A stretch of DNA of 63,806 nt, filler included, from Welwitschia mirabilis (lineage: Eukaryota), in assembly GCA_051453625.1 (NCBI GenBank). It is 8 parts of one record of this genome, joined end to end, with 100 filler letters (N's around TTAATTAATTAA, not from the genome) between each part and the next. Parts side by side here need not be neighbours in the genome. Positions count along the whole stretch, not along the records: positions 45,962 to 54,790 come from JBOZIK010000001.1; positions 54,891 to 56,689 come from JBOZIK010000001.1; positions 56,790 to 62,147 come from JBOZIK010000001.1; 5 more parts are not named here. One strand, given 5' to 3'. Positions 47,890 through 62,147 of the stretch are shown in pieces. Made by a program: the position numbers and the translations under genes. The notes beneath the pieces were generated by a model, which saw only the letters and a program-made list of their open reading frames with translations, was not told the origin of the DNA and did not search any database. The stretch's first letter is position 1; every line of letters begins with the position of its first letter.

Positions 47890-50800
47890 TAAGATTAAGA
47901 AGCCTTTAACAAGGCTATAGAGATAGTACAACTAAAAAAGTTTCTATGAACTAGAAATAAATTATAATAGTCAAAGTTAAGCTCTTTAGAAGTAATAAAA
48001 AAGCTTTAAGCATCATTTGTAATATGATCCTTAAGTTGTATAAAAATACTCCTATGGTATTTACTTTATCCACTAGATATAGGCTATGTAGGATATAACA
48101 TAAGCGTCTAAATGAAAATACTATTCTATGTAATAACTAGATTTTAAGGAGGCACATTTGAAATGAAGTAAGATCCATCTAACTACTAATCTACTTATTA
48201 AAGAAAATAGTTAACCTCTTATGGCATTTCATTTCATACATTTGGAACTAAAAAGTAATACTTTGCAAATAGAATCTTAAGTTTAGAAAAGCAGAGTTAG
48301 TGATTCTTTAAAAAATATGATTGCATTAATTTTTCTAGATTGCATGATGGATGAAGGATTTTAAACACTTCTAAAGAAATACATAATGCCTTTAAATATT
48401 TTAGAACATCTCTAAGAAGAATATGCTTTTATGTTGAATGGTATCAAAAAGGCATAATAATACATGTCTAAGAATTTTGACCCATAAATAAATAAATGAA
48501 GTAATGTTAAAAACTATCTTTACTATTATAAGAAGGATAGGTAGCAGGTGCAAATTTCATATGGAAAAGCCTTTTACCTATAGGTAAACCTTGATGAAGA
48601 ATATGCCACAAAAAGTGCTATTATTTTAACAAAGGAGGTAATTTCTAGTTAGTTATGAGTTATGAAAAGCCATTAGGTGAAGCCATCTCCTTTGTAATCA
48701 ATCATTTATGGTTCATAATTCATCTAAAAGTAATAATAAGTTGAGAAATAAATATCTTATAAAAAATGGAGGATTTCTTAGTTAATTCCAATTTAAAAAC
48801 CTAGATATTTGTAAGGATTGATTTGTAAAATATCATCCTTTTGAAAATTCATATGCTTTCTCAGTTTGTGATAGTTAAGAGTAGGAATTCCTTTTCTTTT
48901 GCAATATATAGAAATCTAAATTTCTCTTAAATCTTCTTTAATTTTGGATAATTATCCTTATAATGCAAAATCTCCCACATTTTCCTTTTACTTTTATAGT
49001 AAATGAAAAGACAATATTTGATTCCCCTCTTAGTTCATTTTATAAATATATTTAGCTAACCTTAAAATAATATTTTAATTTAGTAGTATTCCAACATCTT
49101 AGAGATGCAAACTTAGCTATTTTAGTATCTAGCTATAGACATCAAGTAGTAAGGGGTTAAAATACACTTAGAATTATTTAATAAAAACATACTGACTAAA
49201 TTATTACATCTTTTCTAACTATTTTTTTAATAGCTATTTCTACTAAGATATTGAATATCATTTATGAATTGAAATACACATATATATTTCAATCTTGTAA
49301 CCTTCCAAAATATTTAAATGTCTTGCAGTATTCATTTTCCTCTTGTGCTTAGTAGCTTTAAAATATATTTTGGATTTTTTTACCTTACCTTTAAACCTAT
49401 ATTACTTTTTATTTTATCCATGTTACTTGTAATTTTTTATCTTTAATCATAGTGGATTTACTAATAATTAAAGTGTCATGCATGTAGTAGTTATATGAAA
49501 TAATGTACCTAAAAAGAATAATATGTATCTTCTATAGGTAATATCTAATGAAAATCTTTCACTATGTTGTGAGTTCAAACAAAAATTCACAGACTTGTTA
49601 TAAAATTCCTTTTCAATCATGACACCATAACATTTAATGTATCTTTTTAACTCACAATCATAAGCTTTCCTTAAATGTAATAGACATGATTTAGAGCACC
49701 ATTTTCCCACACTTTCAAAGTTGCTTAACTTGAAGATAAAACCAAGGAAATATAAGCATTGACATAAAGAACTTGGCAAATAGCTTTTTCTTCACTCATG
49801 GAAGTGTTATCTTAGCAAAATCATGCCTTTAATCAATTCNNNNNNNNNNNNNNNNNNNNNNNNNNNNNNNNNNNNNNNNNNNNNNNNNNNNNNNNNNNNN
49901 NNNNNNNNNNNNNNNNNNNNNNNNNNNNNNNNNNNNNNNTGATGGATGAAGTATTTGAAACACTTCTAAAGAAATACATAATGCCTTTGAAGATTTTAGA
50001 ATATCTCTAAGAAGAATATGCTTTCATGTTGAATCGTATCAAAAAGGAATAATAATTCATGTCTAAGAATTTTAACCCATAAGGAAATGAATGAAGTAAT
50101 GTTAAAAACTATCTTTACTATTATAAGAAGGGTAGGTAGCAGGTTCAAATTTCATATGGGAAAGCCTTTTTCTATAGGTAGACCTTGATGAATAAGATGC
50201 AACAAAAAGTACTATTATTTTAACAAAGGAGGTAATTTCTAGTTAGTTATGAGTTATGAAAAGCCATTAGGTGAAGTCATCTCCTTTGTAATCAAATATT
50301 TATGGTTCATAATTCATCTAAAAGTAATAATAAGTTGAGAAACAAATATCTTATAAAAAAAGGGAGGATTTATTAGTTAATTCCAATTTAAAAAACTAGA
50401 TATTTGTAAGGATTAGTTTGTAAAATATCATCCTTTTGAAAATTTAGATGCTTTCTCAATTTGTGATACTTATGAGTAGGAATTCCTTTTCTTTTACAAT
50501 ATAGAGAAATATAAATTTCTCTTAACTCTTCTTTAATTTTGAATAAGCATCCTTATAATGCAAAATCTCCCACATTTTTATTTTACTTTTATAGTAAATG
50601 AAGAGACAATACTTGATTCCCCTCTTAGTTCATTCTATAAATACATTTAGCTAACCTTAATATAATCTTTTAATTTAGTAGAATTAAAACATCTTAGAGA
50701 TGTAAACTTAGCTATTTTAGTACCTAGCTATAGATATCAGGTAGTAAGGGGTCAAAATACACTTAGCATTATTTAATAAAAACATACTGACTAAATTATT

Positions 50801-51410
50801 ACATCTTTTCTAACTGTTTTTTTAATAGCTATTTCTACTAAGCTATTAAATATCATTTATGAATCAAAATACACATATAAATTTCAATCTTGTAACATTT
50901 CAAAATATTTAAATGTCTTGCAGTATTCATTTTCCTCTTATGCTTAGTAGCATAAAAATATATTTTGGATTATTTTAACTTACCTTTAAACCTGTATTAA
51001 TTTTTATTTTATCCATGTTACTTATAATTTNNNNNNNNNNNNNNNNNNNNNNNNNNNNNNNNAAATAATGTACTTAAAAAGAATAATCTATGTCTTCTAT
51101 AGGTAATATCTAATAAAAATCTTTCACTATGTTGTAAAGTCAAATAAAAATTCACAGAATTTTTATAAATTTCCTTTTCAATCATGACATTTAATGTATC
51201 TTTTTAACTCATAATCATAAGTGTTTCTTAAATGTAATAGACATTATTTAGAGCATCATTTCTCCACACTTTCAAAGTTGCTTTACTTGAAGATAAAATC
51301 AAGAAAATAGAAGCATTGACATAAAGAACTTAGCAAATAGCTTTCTCTTCACTCATGGAAGTGTTATCTTAGCAAAAGCATTTCTTTAATCAATTCTAGA
51401 TTACATTGCA
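47890..51410 (-). mobile_element. LINE ORF2 3' portion (RT C-terminus plus zf-RVT), third family; about 1.5 kb duplicated across the gap 49841-49939
   Basis: LPPLLK**HFLWHILHQGLPIGKRLFHMKFAPATYPSY...DSF*HYF (about 48490-48645) fits the zf-RVT pattern; 48345-49840 recurs at 49940-51395. Confidence 0.75.
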
Positions 51411-53787
51411 AGCATGATGTTTATAATACACAAGAGCTAGCAAGAAACTGTTATAACATTTCATTTTTAAAAAAAAATAATAACATAAAATAGAAAATTA
51501 TATGAAGGAGTTGCATAATATAATAACATAATAAGATAATGTAACATATTATTAGGATAAATTTCTCTTAGCTACTATCATTGTCAATAGTAACAAGCAT
51601 TCAAAAGACTTGTGATTAACAAGAACAAGTAGATACATTTAAAAAACATAAGATTAATAATAATATTAACTTATTACGCTTTCATTAATTAGTTTCATAT
51701 ATTTATTTTAATATTTATTAGTGTTACACTATTATATTTTTAATTAACAGTTGTTACTTTATTAATAGATGATTACACCTAAGTGATGCATTTGTTATGG
51801 TTAACATAGTCTAAAAAAGTTATAAAGAGTAAAGCATCATAGTGTAGTATTTATCATAAGATATAGGATTAACATCAAAATTAGAATTAGAAGTATAATT
51901 GATGTATTTATTTTTTATTTATTTCTTTAAAAATAATGCTTATAACTAGTATATGAGGCAAGCTATTAGGTGCTAAGGTTTGTATGCACAACATGCTCCT
52001 ATACCTAGGGATATGTGAAAACCCTACTGAAAATTTAATAATGTGCTTGCATTTATAAGTAAGCTCATCAATGTAAGAAGTAAGAAGGAGAAAAAAATTT
52101 CAGTTTGAAAAATCTTGCTGATGCTCTTCTATTTTCCAACAAATGGCATAAGGGCATTCGCACTATGATTTTAAGGCTCTTGGTATTTTTTGGCCATTGT
52201 TGATCTTCTTTGAGCTTCTTGTGGCCTCTATCTTTCTTGTTCTAGAGCTATAAGAGGCTTTTAATTTAGATCTTCCTAATATTCTTAGCAACTCCTTGAG
52301 CACTCAATGCTTCTTATTGCTTTTGCATACTTTTACAAGTTTTTAAATGTGTTTTTTGTGAGATTTATTTGTATTTCCATTTGAAATTATTAAGGAAGAT
52401 TCTATTAGTATACTGAGAGGATTCTATTATTTTATTTGCATGCAATAGTTTGAAAGAATGTTTACATCTCTAGTAGAATGAAGTTGACCATTTCTTACAA
52501 CATGTTTTTTAGGCTACTCACAATGAAGTTTGCCAAAGCAAACCTCTTTTCTTCTATATAGTATAGATTGCCCTCATGTTCCAAGCCTCTTCCATACTTG
52601 CCACTTGCATGTAGTGTACCTATTATCATCAATACTGTGCTTGCCATCCTTTGCCAACTGTTTTGTACTTGTGCTAACACTGTTTACTACTTTGCCATTC
52701 ATTAAGCTTACTTATCACTCTACTATGTTTACAAGAAGCTTACTTGTTTGAAAATTCTATAGGTTTTAATGTTCCTTTTTGTAGAAATTTTTTGGAGTTA
52801 AATGCTAAAAAGAAAAGCAAAATGCTGAATCCCATTATTTTACCTTTATTTGCATTTTAAACATTGTTTTTTGTGCTACTAAATTGTAAGTGGCTGCTTC
52901 CTTATAAAAATGATTAGCTACTATCATCAGAAGCTATTCCNNNNNNNNNTCATGCTTATCATTTTTACACACTAAAGCTTTTATTTTTTTTCTTTTTCTA
53001 ATAAAAAGAAAAGAAAAAAGAATGGATTTCACTATGAACAAACTCTTTGAAAAAGGCCTCTATAGAACTACCATTATCTCTGTAAATTGCCTCTAAAACT
53101 ACTTCATTTAAAAGTACTTCCTTTAAAACTATAGTTTCCCTCATGCCTTGACATGCTGCAGCCAGTGCATCTAGACTGTGTGCTACTAAGCATTCTTGCT
53201 ATGCAACCTCTATTGCTTTTTTTGCCTATAGTCTCTACCTCTTGGTGCTTAGCTACCTTTCTTGTGTGCACAATCTACCACTGTTACTTACTTAACATTT
53301 TATGACTCATGCCTCTGCCCTTGTCATGCTACAACTAGTACTAGCTTATCATTGTAGTATTCATGCTCTTGCTGTGCAATTGTCCTCCTCTGAGTTGCTT
53401 TTACTGGCATGCCTTCTTTCCATTTCCTATGCAGTCTTTAGCTCTTCTCCACTAGTTTACTCATTGTATCTCTCTCACTTGCCTACTGTAGCTCCACTAC
53501 CCACAAGATTGTATCTGGTTATGCCACTAGGTGACTCTATCACTACCTGTTGCGATATGATTCTTGCAGGCCTAAGCTCTTTGTACCTTTATCTACTCTT
53601 CCATTGCTCCTCATCCATGTCTCTGTGCTTGTGCTATGTAACTAAATCCTTGCCATCATAGGCTTGCTTCTACCTCCTCTCTTAATGTGTTATTCATCCT
53701 TTCTACTTTCTGCTCTGTTATTATACTACTGCTAGTGGTAATGGAAAATTGTTCTTCACTATTTCATTGCAAGTTTTGAATACTAAT

Positions 53788-54790
53788 TGTTGAGAACGTA
53801 TTATCATTAATAAAATTAATGAGTTTTAATAGAGTTAGTTATTGTGCAGAGATTTTTCAGCACCAGGCGACCACTATATAAATCCGAGCAACTGACCTAT
53901 TATATCAACATACACTGAACAATAAGTGGATGGCTGTATGAAATTCAAAGAGTGACTGGACTATTAGTAAGGTAAAACTGCTTCAAAATTGAGTGATCAA
54001 GCTTCCCAGTCAGTTTAAATGAACTGCTAATTAGATGAAGACTAATTCTAGCATGGGTGACCATGCATGTTGTGTAGAGCGACCGAGTTTCAAATTTGTT
54101 ATAGGTTGAGATAAAAGCTACTGACCTATCATATGCTCAAGGGCGACTGAACTATATTATACAAATTTTAGTCTACTAACAATAAGGATGATTGAGTGTA
54201 TAATTAAGGACAACTGCATCCTACCCAGAAATGATCATAAAGAGGTCGACTGAGATCTCAATTTAGGGTGACCTAAATAAGGTCGACCCCATATTTATTG
54301 AATGACAACTAAATGTTCCTATACAACAGACTGATAAATTTGACTTAAGAAAGGACGACCAAATGAAATAGATAAGGGAGACTAAAAGTTCCTATTTAAC
54401 AGACTGACAAATATGAGTCAAGAAAGGGTGACCAAATGAAATGGACAAGGGCGATCGAATACTAGGACAACTGAGTTTATTTTAAGATCAATTCAACATA
54501 TTACAAATATAACTATTATGCTTTTATAGTTTATCAAAAATTGCAAAATTCATTGTAATAATCTACTTTTTATCTCCAAATGACTAACTTTTATGGCTGC
54601 TCTATTTAAGTACCTTCCTTTTTAAAGTGAAGGCTACCTCTTTTGATATTGAAATGTTACAACAATCATTTTGTACTTGAACTACTATGAGTTTAGATTT
54701 CTTTTAGAAACTTTTCTTTGTACCTATGCTTGTAAGAGCTTACTATGCATCTTGTTCCTATGTAGCATAACTATGCATTTGTGCACTTTG
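53788..54790 (+). mobile_element. Sirevirus-type LTR fragment
   Basis: Begins TGTTGAG; many degenerate GGGCGACC/GGTCGACC motifs at 53865-54475; TATA-like ctctatttaa at about 54600; ends at a scaffold gap. Confidence 0.55.
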
Positions 54791-54890
54791 NNNNNNNNNN
54801 NNNNNNNNNNNNNNNNNNNNNNNNNNNNNNNNNNTTAATTAATTAANNNNNNNNNNNNNNNNNNNNNNNNNNNNNNNNNNNNNNNNNNNN

Positions 54891-56689
54891 CCGGACGTCC
54901 CTGTACATTACATCCGATTTTAAGGTCGGACGTCCTAGTTAGCAGGCCAGACGTCCCTGTACATTTCATCTGCGTTCAAGGTTGGATGTCCCGGGTAACA
55001 GGGTCAGACGTCCCCATATATTTGGCCGTGTACAGGGTAGGATGTCCCAGAAAAAATCTCGGACGTCTTGAAAGGCACAACTTTTGATTTTCACATTCGT
55101 TGAAGCACGCCACTGCCTAACTTTTGATCATCATTGAAATATAAAGTCTCCACAATCTCCCCCTTTTCAGTGATGACAAACAGTTACCTAGATTTGGTCA
55201 AGATAATCAATTGAACACTCCCCTTTAAGCTATGCTTCTGAGATAACCTGTAATCTGTATAGAGAAACAAACAACCACATGTATCCTCGCAGACACTTTA
55301 GTGCAATGGAGTTCTACAAATATTGATATTGCATATGTAAATCGATCGACATTTCATATATAAATCTGGGAATTACTCTCCCCCTTTGTCATTATTGAAA
55401 AACAATAATAAACTGAAAAAAGCACATTGGACAAACCATTTAAAGAAAAGTATTTTTCATTAAAGCTTGGAAGAGTACATAGTAATGGAATCAGATATGG
55501 TCATCACACAAAAAGGGGAAATACAGATAATAGGAGAAAGAGAGGAAGAGAATAGAATGTTAGGATCAAAGAAGCACCATAGAGGGGGGGGGGGGGGGNN
55601 NNNNNNNNNNNNNNNNNNNNNNNNNNNNNNNNNNNNNNNNNNNNNNNNNNNNNNNNNNNNNNNNNNNNNNNNNNNNNNNNNNNNNNNNNNNNNNNNNNTT
55701 CAGCTACCCCATTTTGTTGAGGAGTTCTCGGGGCTGAGAGTTGATGAGATATGCCATGATGATCACAAAAACTCTCAAATTTCTCATTTACAAACTCTTC
55801 ATCTCTATCAGATCTAATAGACTTGATAGCGTAACCTCTTTCGTTTTGAATTCTTCTACAAATCTTAGCAAAGGCGTTGAAGGCTTTATCTTTACTACTC
55901 AGAAAGGAGACCCAACAAAAATGAGAGAAATCATTAACCATAACTAGGAAATATCTTTTTCCTCCAATACTTCTAGTTTGAACTGGACCGACTAAATCCA
56001 TGTGAATTAGATCCAAAGGTCTCAAAGAAGTCGTAACAGTCTTACTTTTAAAATGAGTCTTAGTGATCTTCCTTTAACACATGACTCGCACAATTTGGCT
56101 TGATCAAGGCTAAGCTTAGGCACTCCTCTTACAAATTTTTTTGAGACAATTTTCGATAAATCTTTAAGGTTGATATGCCCTAGTCTTTTATGTCATATGT
56201 TGATATCATCACTTTTGGCAAAATAGTAGTCTTTACTCATTTGATTGTTGGTTTTTCCAATTACATACGTGCATCTAGACCTATTGCTTGTAAGCGCAAT
56301 TTTATCAGTAATAGCATTTCGGACCACACATTTGTCTTGGTAGAATAAAACAATGTTGCCTCTATCACAAATTTGAGAAACGCTTAAAAGATTGCGCTTT
56401 AATCCATTTATAAGATACACATCATGAATTGTTGGATGATCATTATTGGTGCTTACAATTCCCTTGTCAACAATCAAACCTTTACTGTTATCTCCAAAGG
56501 TTACCTCTCCACCGTTGTAGTCTTCAAAAGATGTGAGTAGGTTCTTCTCCCCTGTCATGTGCCTAGAACACCCACTATCTAAATACCACATAGTACGATC
56601 TTGAGCCTTGAAGGCAGCATGCGCAAACAGAGAAGGCAAATTTTTCTTAACCCATAGATATTTCGAATGACGCTGTTGACTAGGTTGAG
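54891..56689 (-). mobile_element. Sirevirus (SIRE) Ty1/copia fragment: protease, GAG-pre-integrase, integrase core, multi-PPT region and start of 3' LTR
   Basis: WYLDSGCSRHMTG (56193-56639); LDLIHMDLVGP...IRSD...SAPRTPQQNGVAE (55700-56025); three PPT copies (plus-strand ctcccc(c)ttt at about 55157, 55218, 55378); LTR start at 55154; seven GGACGTCC-type palindromes at 54891-55070. Confidence 0.9.
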
Positions 56690-59600
56690 NNNNNNNNNNN
56701 NNNNNNNNNNNNNNNNNNNNNNNNNNNNNNNNNTTAATTAATTAANNNNNNNNNNNNNNNNNNNNNNNNNNNNNNNNNNNNNNNNNNNNATATATTTTAT
56801 ATTTTATTTACGCATTTCAATTCTTAGTAAATGTGATAGGTATACTATATTATGAATAGACATTCTTTTTTTTGTATTATGTGATTGATAGATTTTATGT
56901 TTCTTAAAATAAATGAGCATGTGAATAATTATATGCACTCTTACCTAGAACCAAGAATGATAAATGAGTAGATTTATGCTACAATGACTTTTTATTTTCT
57001 TAAGATGTGTAAGGACACTTAGTTCATAATAAATTTATTTTTTCAATTGGAATTAAAGAGTTTATCTCATTATTCCATAAAACAAACTTGAAATTTGTGC
57101 ACTTATCCTTTTGATGCATGTTTTGGATGAATTAAACTTACTTATGAGCCTATGAAGGATTAAGAAGGAGCTAACATAAGGAAATGATGCATGTAATTAA
57201 ATTTACTAATCAAATAAATAAGATTACTCACACTAGTTACTTGCATAAGTCATAAATATGATCTCTCTTTTTATTTCAATATCACTTATTACTCATCCCA
57301 CTTATTAATGATTAATCATGTGATCTTGTGATCTTGAGCTATGCACCTTTGTTTATCTATATATAGATATTCTTTTCTCTCTTACAAAGAGGAAATACTT
57401 TTCATTTTTCTATACAAGGGCATTTCCTTCTTTTCTCTCTCTTTCTTTCATTCTCTTACTTATGGAGCTTAGAGCTTGGAAGTTTCAAGTTAAGGAACTG
57501 TTGATTTTGGATCTTCATCAATCTTCAACTTTCAAGAACTTACTAATCTTTTTAAGGAAGCTCTTTACTCATATTATCCATATGTTTTCATTTAATATTC
57601 TAGTAGAATGATGTAATACTTGCATGATACCACTATTCATGATATATCATAAAGTTATTTTATTCCCTCCTATTAGCTCTTACTATGATGTGAGGAGATA
57701 TGAGGGATCTCTTATGCTTGGTGATAGAGTTTAGTAATAGACTATTATGGCCAAGTGACCACTTCAAGAATTCACTATATACTTAGGTACTGATATTCAT
57801 CTTGTAATAATATATTATTAAATAATCATGCATAAGGTCTATCTTATTAGGGGCATAGTCTTATCCTTAAAAAAAATCTCTTTCAAGATAGTACTCCTTC
57901 ATGATAATCCTAAGGCTTATTATAAATGCTTTTGTGAATTGATTTAATTATTTTTTCTAAACTAATTTTCACTAGTAGTATTTAGTAAAGTTATATTATA
58001 AATTATAAGTTTGCCTATTGTATTCATTATTTTACTAATTCAAATTATTGTATAATTAGATGTTGAGCCTCTATTATATTTTCTTTAGCAAAAGTTAAAT
58101 TTCTAAGATAGCGACATAGGATAAAAATATCATACCTTATTAATTAGTACGTAAAAATTACTAAATTTTTTTTGGTAAGCCTAGGATTATGTTATGAACA
58201 TGAAAATGTAAAAAAGTAATTTTTTTGATGTGTAATTATTTTTAAGAAATTTATTCATTAAAATACATTAGGAAATAAATGCAAAAAATATTAAGCAATT
58301 AAGTTATATTTCTATAACTAACAATAATAATATATGAAAATGTGAGCATCCTAAGTTGTAGGTAATTAAAAAATATTTCCAAATTACTTGTCTTAGTGTA
58401 GTGTGGTAGGGCTATAATTTTAGAAAACTTGACAATTTTTAACTTTAAATCATGTTATTAAAAATATAATTTTTAGATTTTCAAGATAGCTTAATTTAGT
58501 TTCTAATAATCCTATTATGAGTTTAGTTTATGAAAAATTGCTTTAATTTATTTTTACTTCATAATTAATTAATTATTAAATTTTTATAATGATGTATTTT
58601 AGAGCTTAAAAACATTATAAATAACGTTTTAAATTATAGAAAAAATATTATATTAAATTCTATAAGAATTTTAAGTATATAAGATAAGTTTCAATTAGTA
58701 TCTTTAAGTTACATTACTTAAAAATAATATTTTATTAAGAGAAATACCTTTTTTACCATTTTCCTTCATCTTACTTTGCATGTGTATGCTTGTAGGAGTT
58801 CTCAACTTAGTAGTTTAATTAACATAAATAATCCTTAATTTATCATTGATTTTCTTAACTTATAATATAGCCATGTAAGTATTAAATAGAGTATTATGTC
58901 TTATTAATCATACTTGAGATATACTTTTTTTTTAATCTTCATTTCACTTATCCATGAAGATTGTCATATGAGTATGGGAATATACTTCTAGGATTGACAT
59001 AGTTTTAGGTATGGATTAGTTTCTTTAAATACATTATTAAAATGTAATTTGATATATTTTAAATATTTTTATTATTATTAAAAGAAATAAAATAAAAAAT
59101 ATCCACTTTATTTATATAGAAAAGAAAATAATATTTCCTTTATTTAAATTTTCATTATTATAATCTTGAATATAAAAATGTTCTAGTATGCATGCTTTTT
59201 CTTTTATAATTATTTCTATAAAATGAATCTAATAATGATTAGAATTATTATAACTAGGTAAATAATCCCTTAAATAATCATATTAATTAGAATTATATGC
59301 ATGTATTTATGTGATGTATCCATTATACAGGACTAAATCAAGAAAATCCTAATAATGATTATTTCTATGCTTGGATTTCATCATCAAGTTGGGTTGCATT
59401 GCATTTTTTTTTCAATAGCCTTCTAGAAGTGGATTTGATCATCACTCTCTTATTCTACCCATGTATTACTCCAACTTAATATCTCGACCCCTTGACATCG
59501 ATGGATCATGTTGCACTATTTGGAGATGTTTTAAGGAAGTGGGGGTTATTTGTAAATATGCATGTACCTCATGTAATGCCCAACACCTGTATTGAGGGTA

Positions 59601-60952
59601 TATTGAGGTAAATTATAAGCCTATGGTGTTGAGCCTAGTTATGTTTGTTTAGTTTCAAATTGGAAGTAGAACCAACTCATGTCCAAAGTATGACCGAATA
59701 TCAAGTTAAAATATCATTAATGGCAGTTGTAATTGATTATTATATTGATTATCTTTAAACTTACCCATATATGTTTATAATAAGTTTAGATATCCTTAAC
59801 CATTTATAAAATATCTTTCTATGTGATGAAAAACTAGGAAGAAATGGAGGATAAAAACTTATGATATCACTATATAATGATAGTATAATTTGTTTTTCTT
59901 AAAATATAAAAATGATAGTAAAGAAATAAGTAAAACTTGATCATAATTTTTACTATGTCTATTAGATAATAATATTAAAGAATGAAAGAAAAGAAAAAGA
60001 AAAAATATATAGTTCTTAATTAGGATACAAAAAGTAGGATATCATAAATTAGTATTAGAGTTCTAGGTTAAATCATACCTATGTTAAGCACTTATAAATT
60101 TATAAGAATATAAATCCATCATAACTCAGTTTTTGGATTGGACTTACAAGCACGAATTTTTTTAATCTAAAAACTAAGTTACATCATATTAATTAAACAT
60201 CATAGTAAATTAATTAAGTTGTGACCTACAGAGTTACCTCTCAGTTATCCATAGAATTCATGTCAGGTGAACTATGTAATGATAGCTTACCTAAGTAATA
60301 CCATAACTAATCTATAGGTTAATTAGAAATCTTGATTAGGACGACACCTAGGAAGTGTATAAGTTGTGATCGAGTGGTTGGGTACTCCAATAGCTAAGTA
60401 ATTAGACCTATGTAATGCTCATCTAGAGGAGTTTAGATAACATATAGTTCTAACTTAGATTTCGTTCTAATCTCCACTAATATACATAAGCATACGATAG
60501 ATCAAAGTGATTTGTATCAGTGGCATGTGATAATACTAAGTATGAAAGAATGCAAGGAATAATGTAAGAACTCAATATTCAAACCAACATATATAAATAT
60601 CACATACATATAAATAGACATATGCATAAGAACTATATATAAAAGTGTAAGAGGTAGCTTGTTAAAACCTCTCAAAGTTACAACATCCAATCTTATTAAG
60701 ATGTTCTAATGCATGATTGATGATAATATACATATATATTAATATAAATCAGATATATGGGTACCCAAAAACACACATACATATGTATATATAGTGAAAC
60801 CCTTAGTCATTAAATCAAAATATCTAGTAATAACCTCCATCAGCAAGCACAAGAGACTCCTTGTATCTCACTAGCATCTTAGTAAAAGCTAAGGCGATGG
60901 AAGTATCATAATAGAATAACATTATACTAAACTCATGCAAAAATATTATTAG

Positions 60953-60995
60953 CATACACACACACATATACACACATATACACACATATATACAT
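60953..60995. repeat. Compound (AC)n/(AT)n microsatellite
   Basis: catacacacacacatatacacacatatacacacatatatacat. Confidence 0.8.
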
Positions 60996-61199
60996 GTCAT
61001 TTTATTTGGGTACCTATTGCGATGTATATTTATGCAAGTTTTTATATTCAAAGAGATCCTGTCATTTATAACCAAAATAGATATCTTACACAATATATCA
61101 CACTAGTATGAGTGGGAGTAGATCTAAAATGTTATGTTCATATTGAAGACTATGAGATGAGACTCAGATTACTTTGCAAAAAAGTAATAGGAACTAGAA

Positions 61200-62147
61200 A
61201 TAAAAAATAATGCAAGAAATAAAATGTATAATGCAAATGCTAGATGCAACCAAATCTAACATGCAATATAAAAATGGAACTAAGATTACTTACTTTTAAA
61301 CTTAACAAAGGCTACTCTTAATAATCTATATCACCTAAGAAATTGTCACCAGATCAAGGGCAACATAGACTATAAGGATCATCAAAGAAACTAATATGCA
61401 AATATGAAAATAATACAAGTTTTATATTAAGAAACAGTAATAAGCATCTTAGTTACAAAACAGCCAGGTCTCAATGGAGGATACATAGCCCTTCATCAAG
61501 TCCATGTCTTTCTGCAATACTCAAAATAAATATCCCACCCTTTGATCTCCTGTTATGAGAATTTTTGGTGTAATGAAGATAATAAGGAGAGCCAAGGGGG
61601 GACTTATTTATAACAACTTTTAATATAAAATGACAAACAGAAGGCACGGAGTAGATGCACTCATTTACAGGTAAGAAATGGACGAAATGGTCAAGGGTTA
61701 GCTGTCAGAGCCAGTTATATGTTAGTGTTGTCCTATTAGGTCATCTAAACAATGAGGTAAATGATAAATCTTCATAAAAGTTAACTTAATAGGCAATTCA
61801 TTAAACAACTTAGTAGTCCATGTTAGCTATCATTGTCCTACCTATCGTCTAGATGACCGAGGGGATGAAGGTCTTCTTTAGTCAATTTTCTGAGAAGAAA
61901 CTTAGTATTTTCATCAATAATCCTATTCCAAGGCTTTATGCATTAGAATGATCTTAAGTACATCAAATCTAGGTAAAAGTTACACATTCATGATATTTCC
62001 TATTGTATCTCCAAAATCCTCATAATTGCACCTAAACCTGTGTAAAAGTCCTAAAAAACAACTCATAAAACCCCATCAAATAACCACAAATTGGAACATA
62101 AAATAGCCCTCCACTTAGCCTTTGTATCAGTCTCTGACAACAATCAA
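61200..62147 (-). mobile_element. LTR-like repeat, inverted homologue of 6440-7560 (probably extends left to about 60200)
   Basis: Reverse-complement collinear matches to 6575-7530. Confidence 0.6.

Noticed and set aside
53302-53661. 119-aa hydrophobic ORF
   Set aside because: Pyrimidine-rich biased sequence with no recognisable motif or splice context; probably repeat-derived.
56790-60200. Possible further LTR fragments (TATA-like at about 57357, PPT-like at about 59535)
   Set aside because: Too AT-rich and degraded to define boundaries or class.
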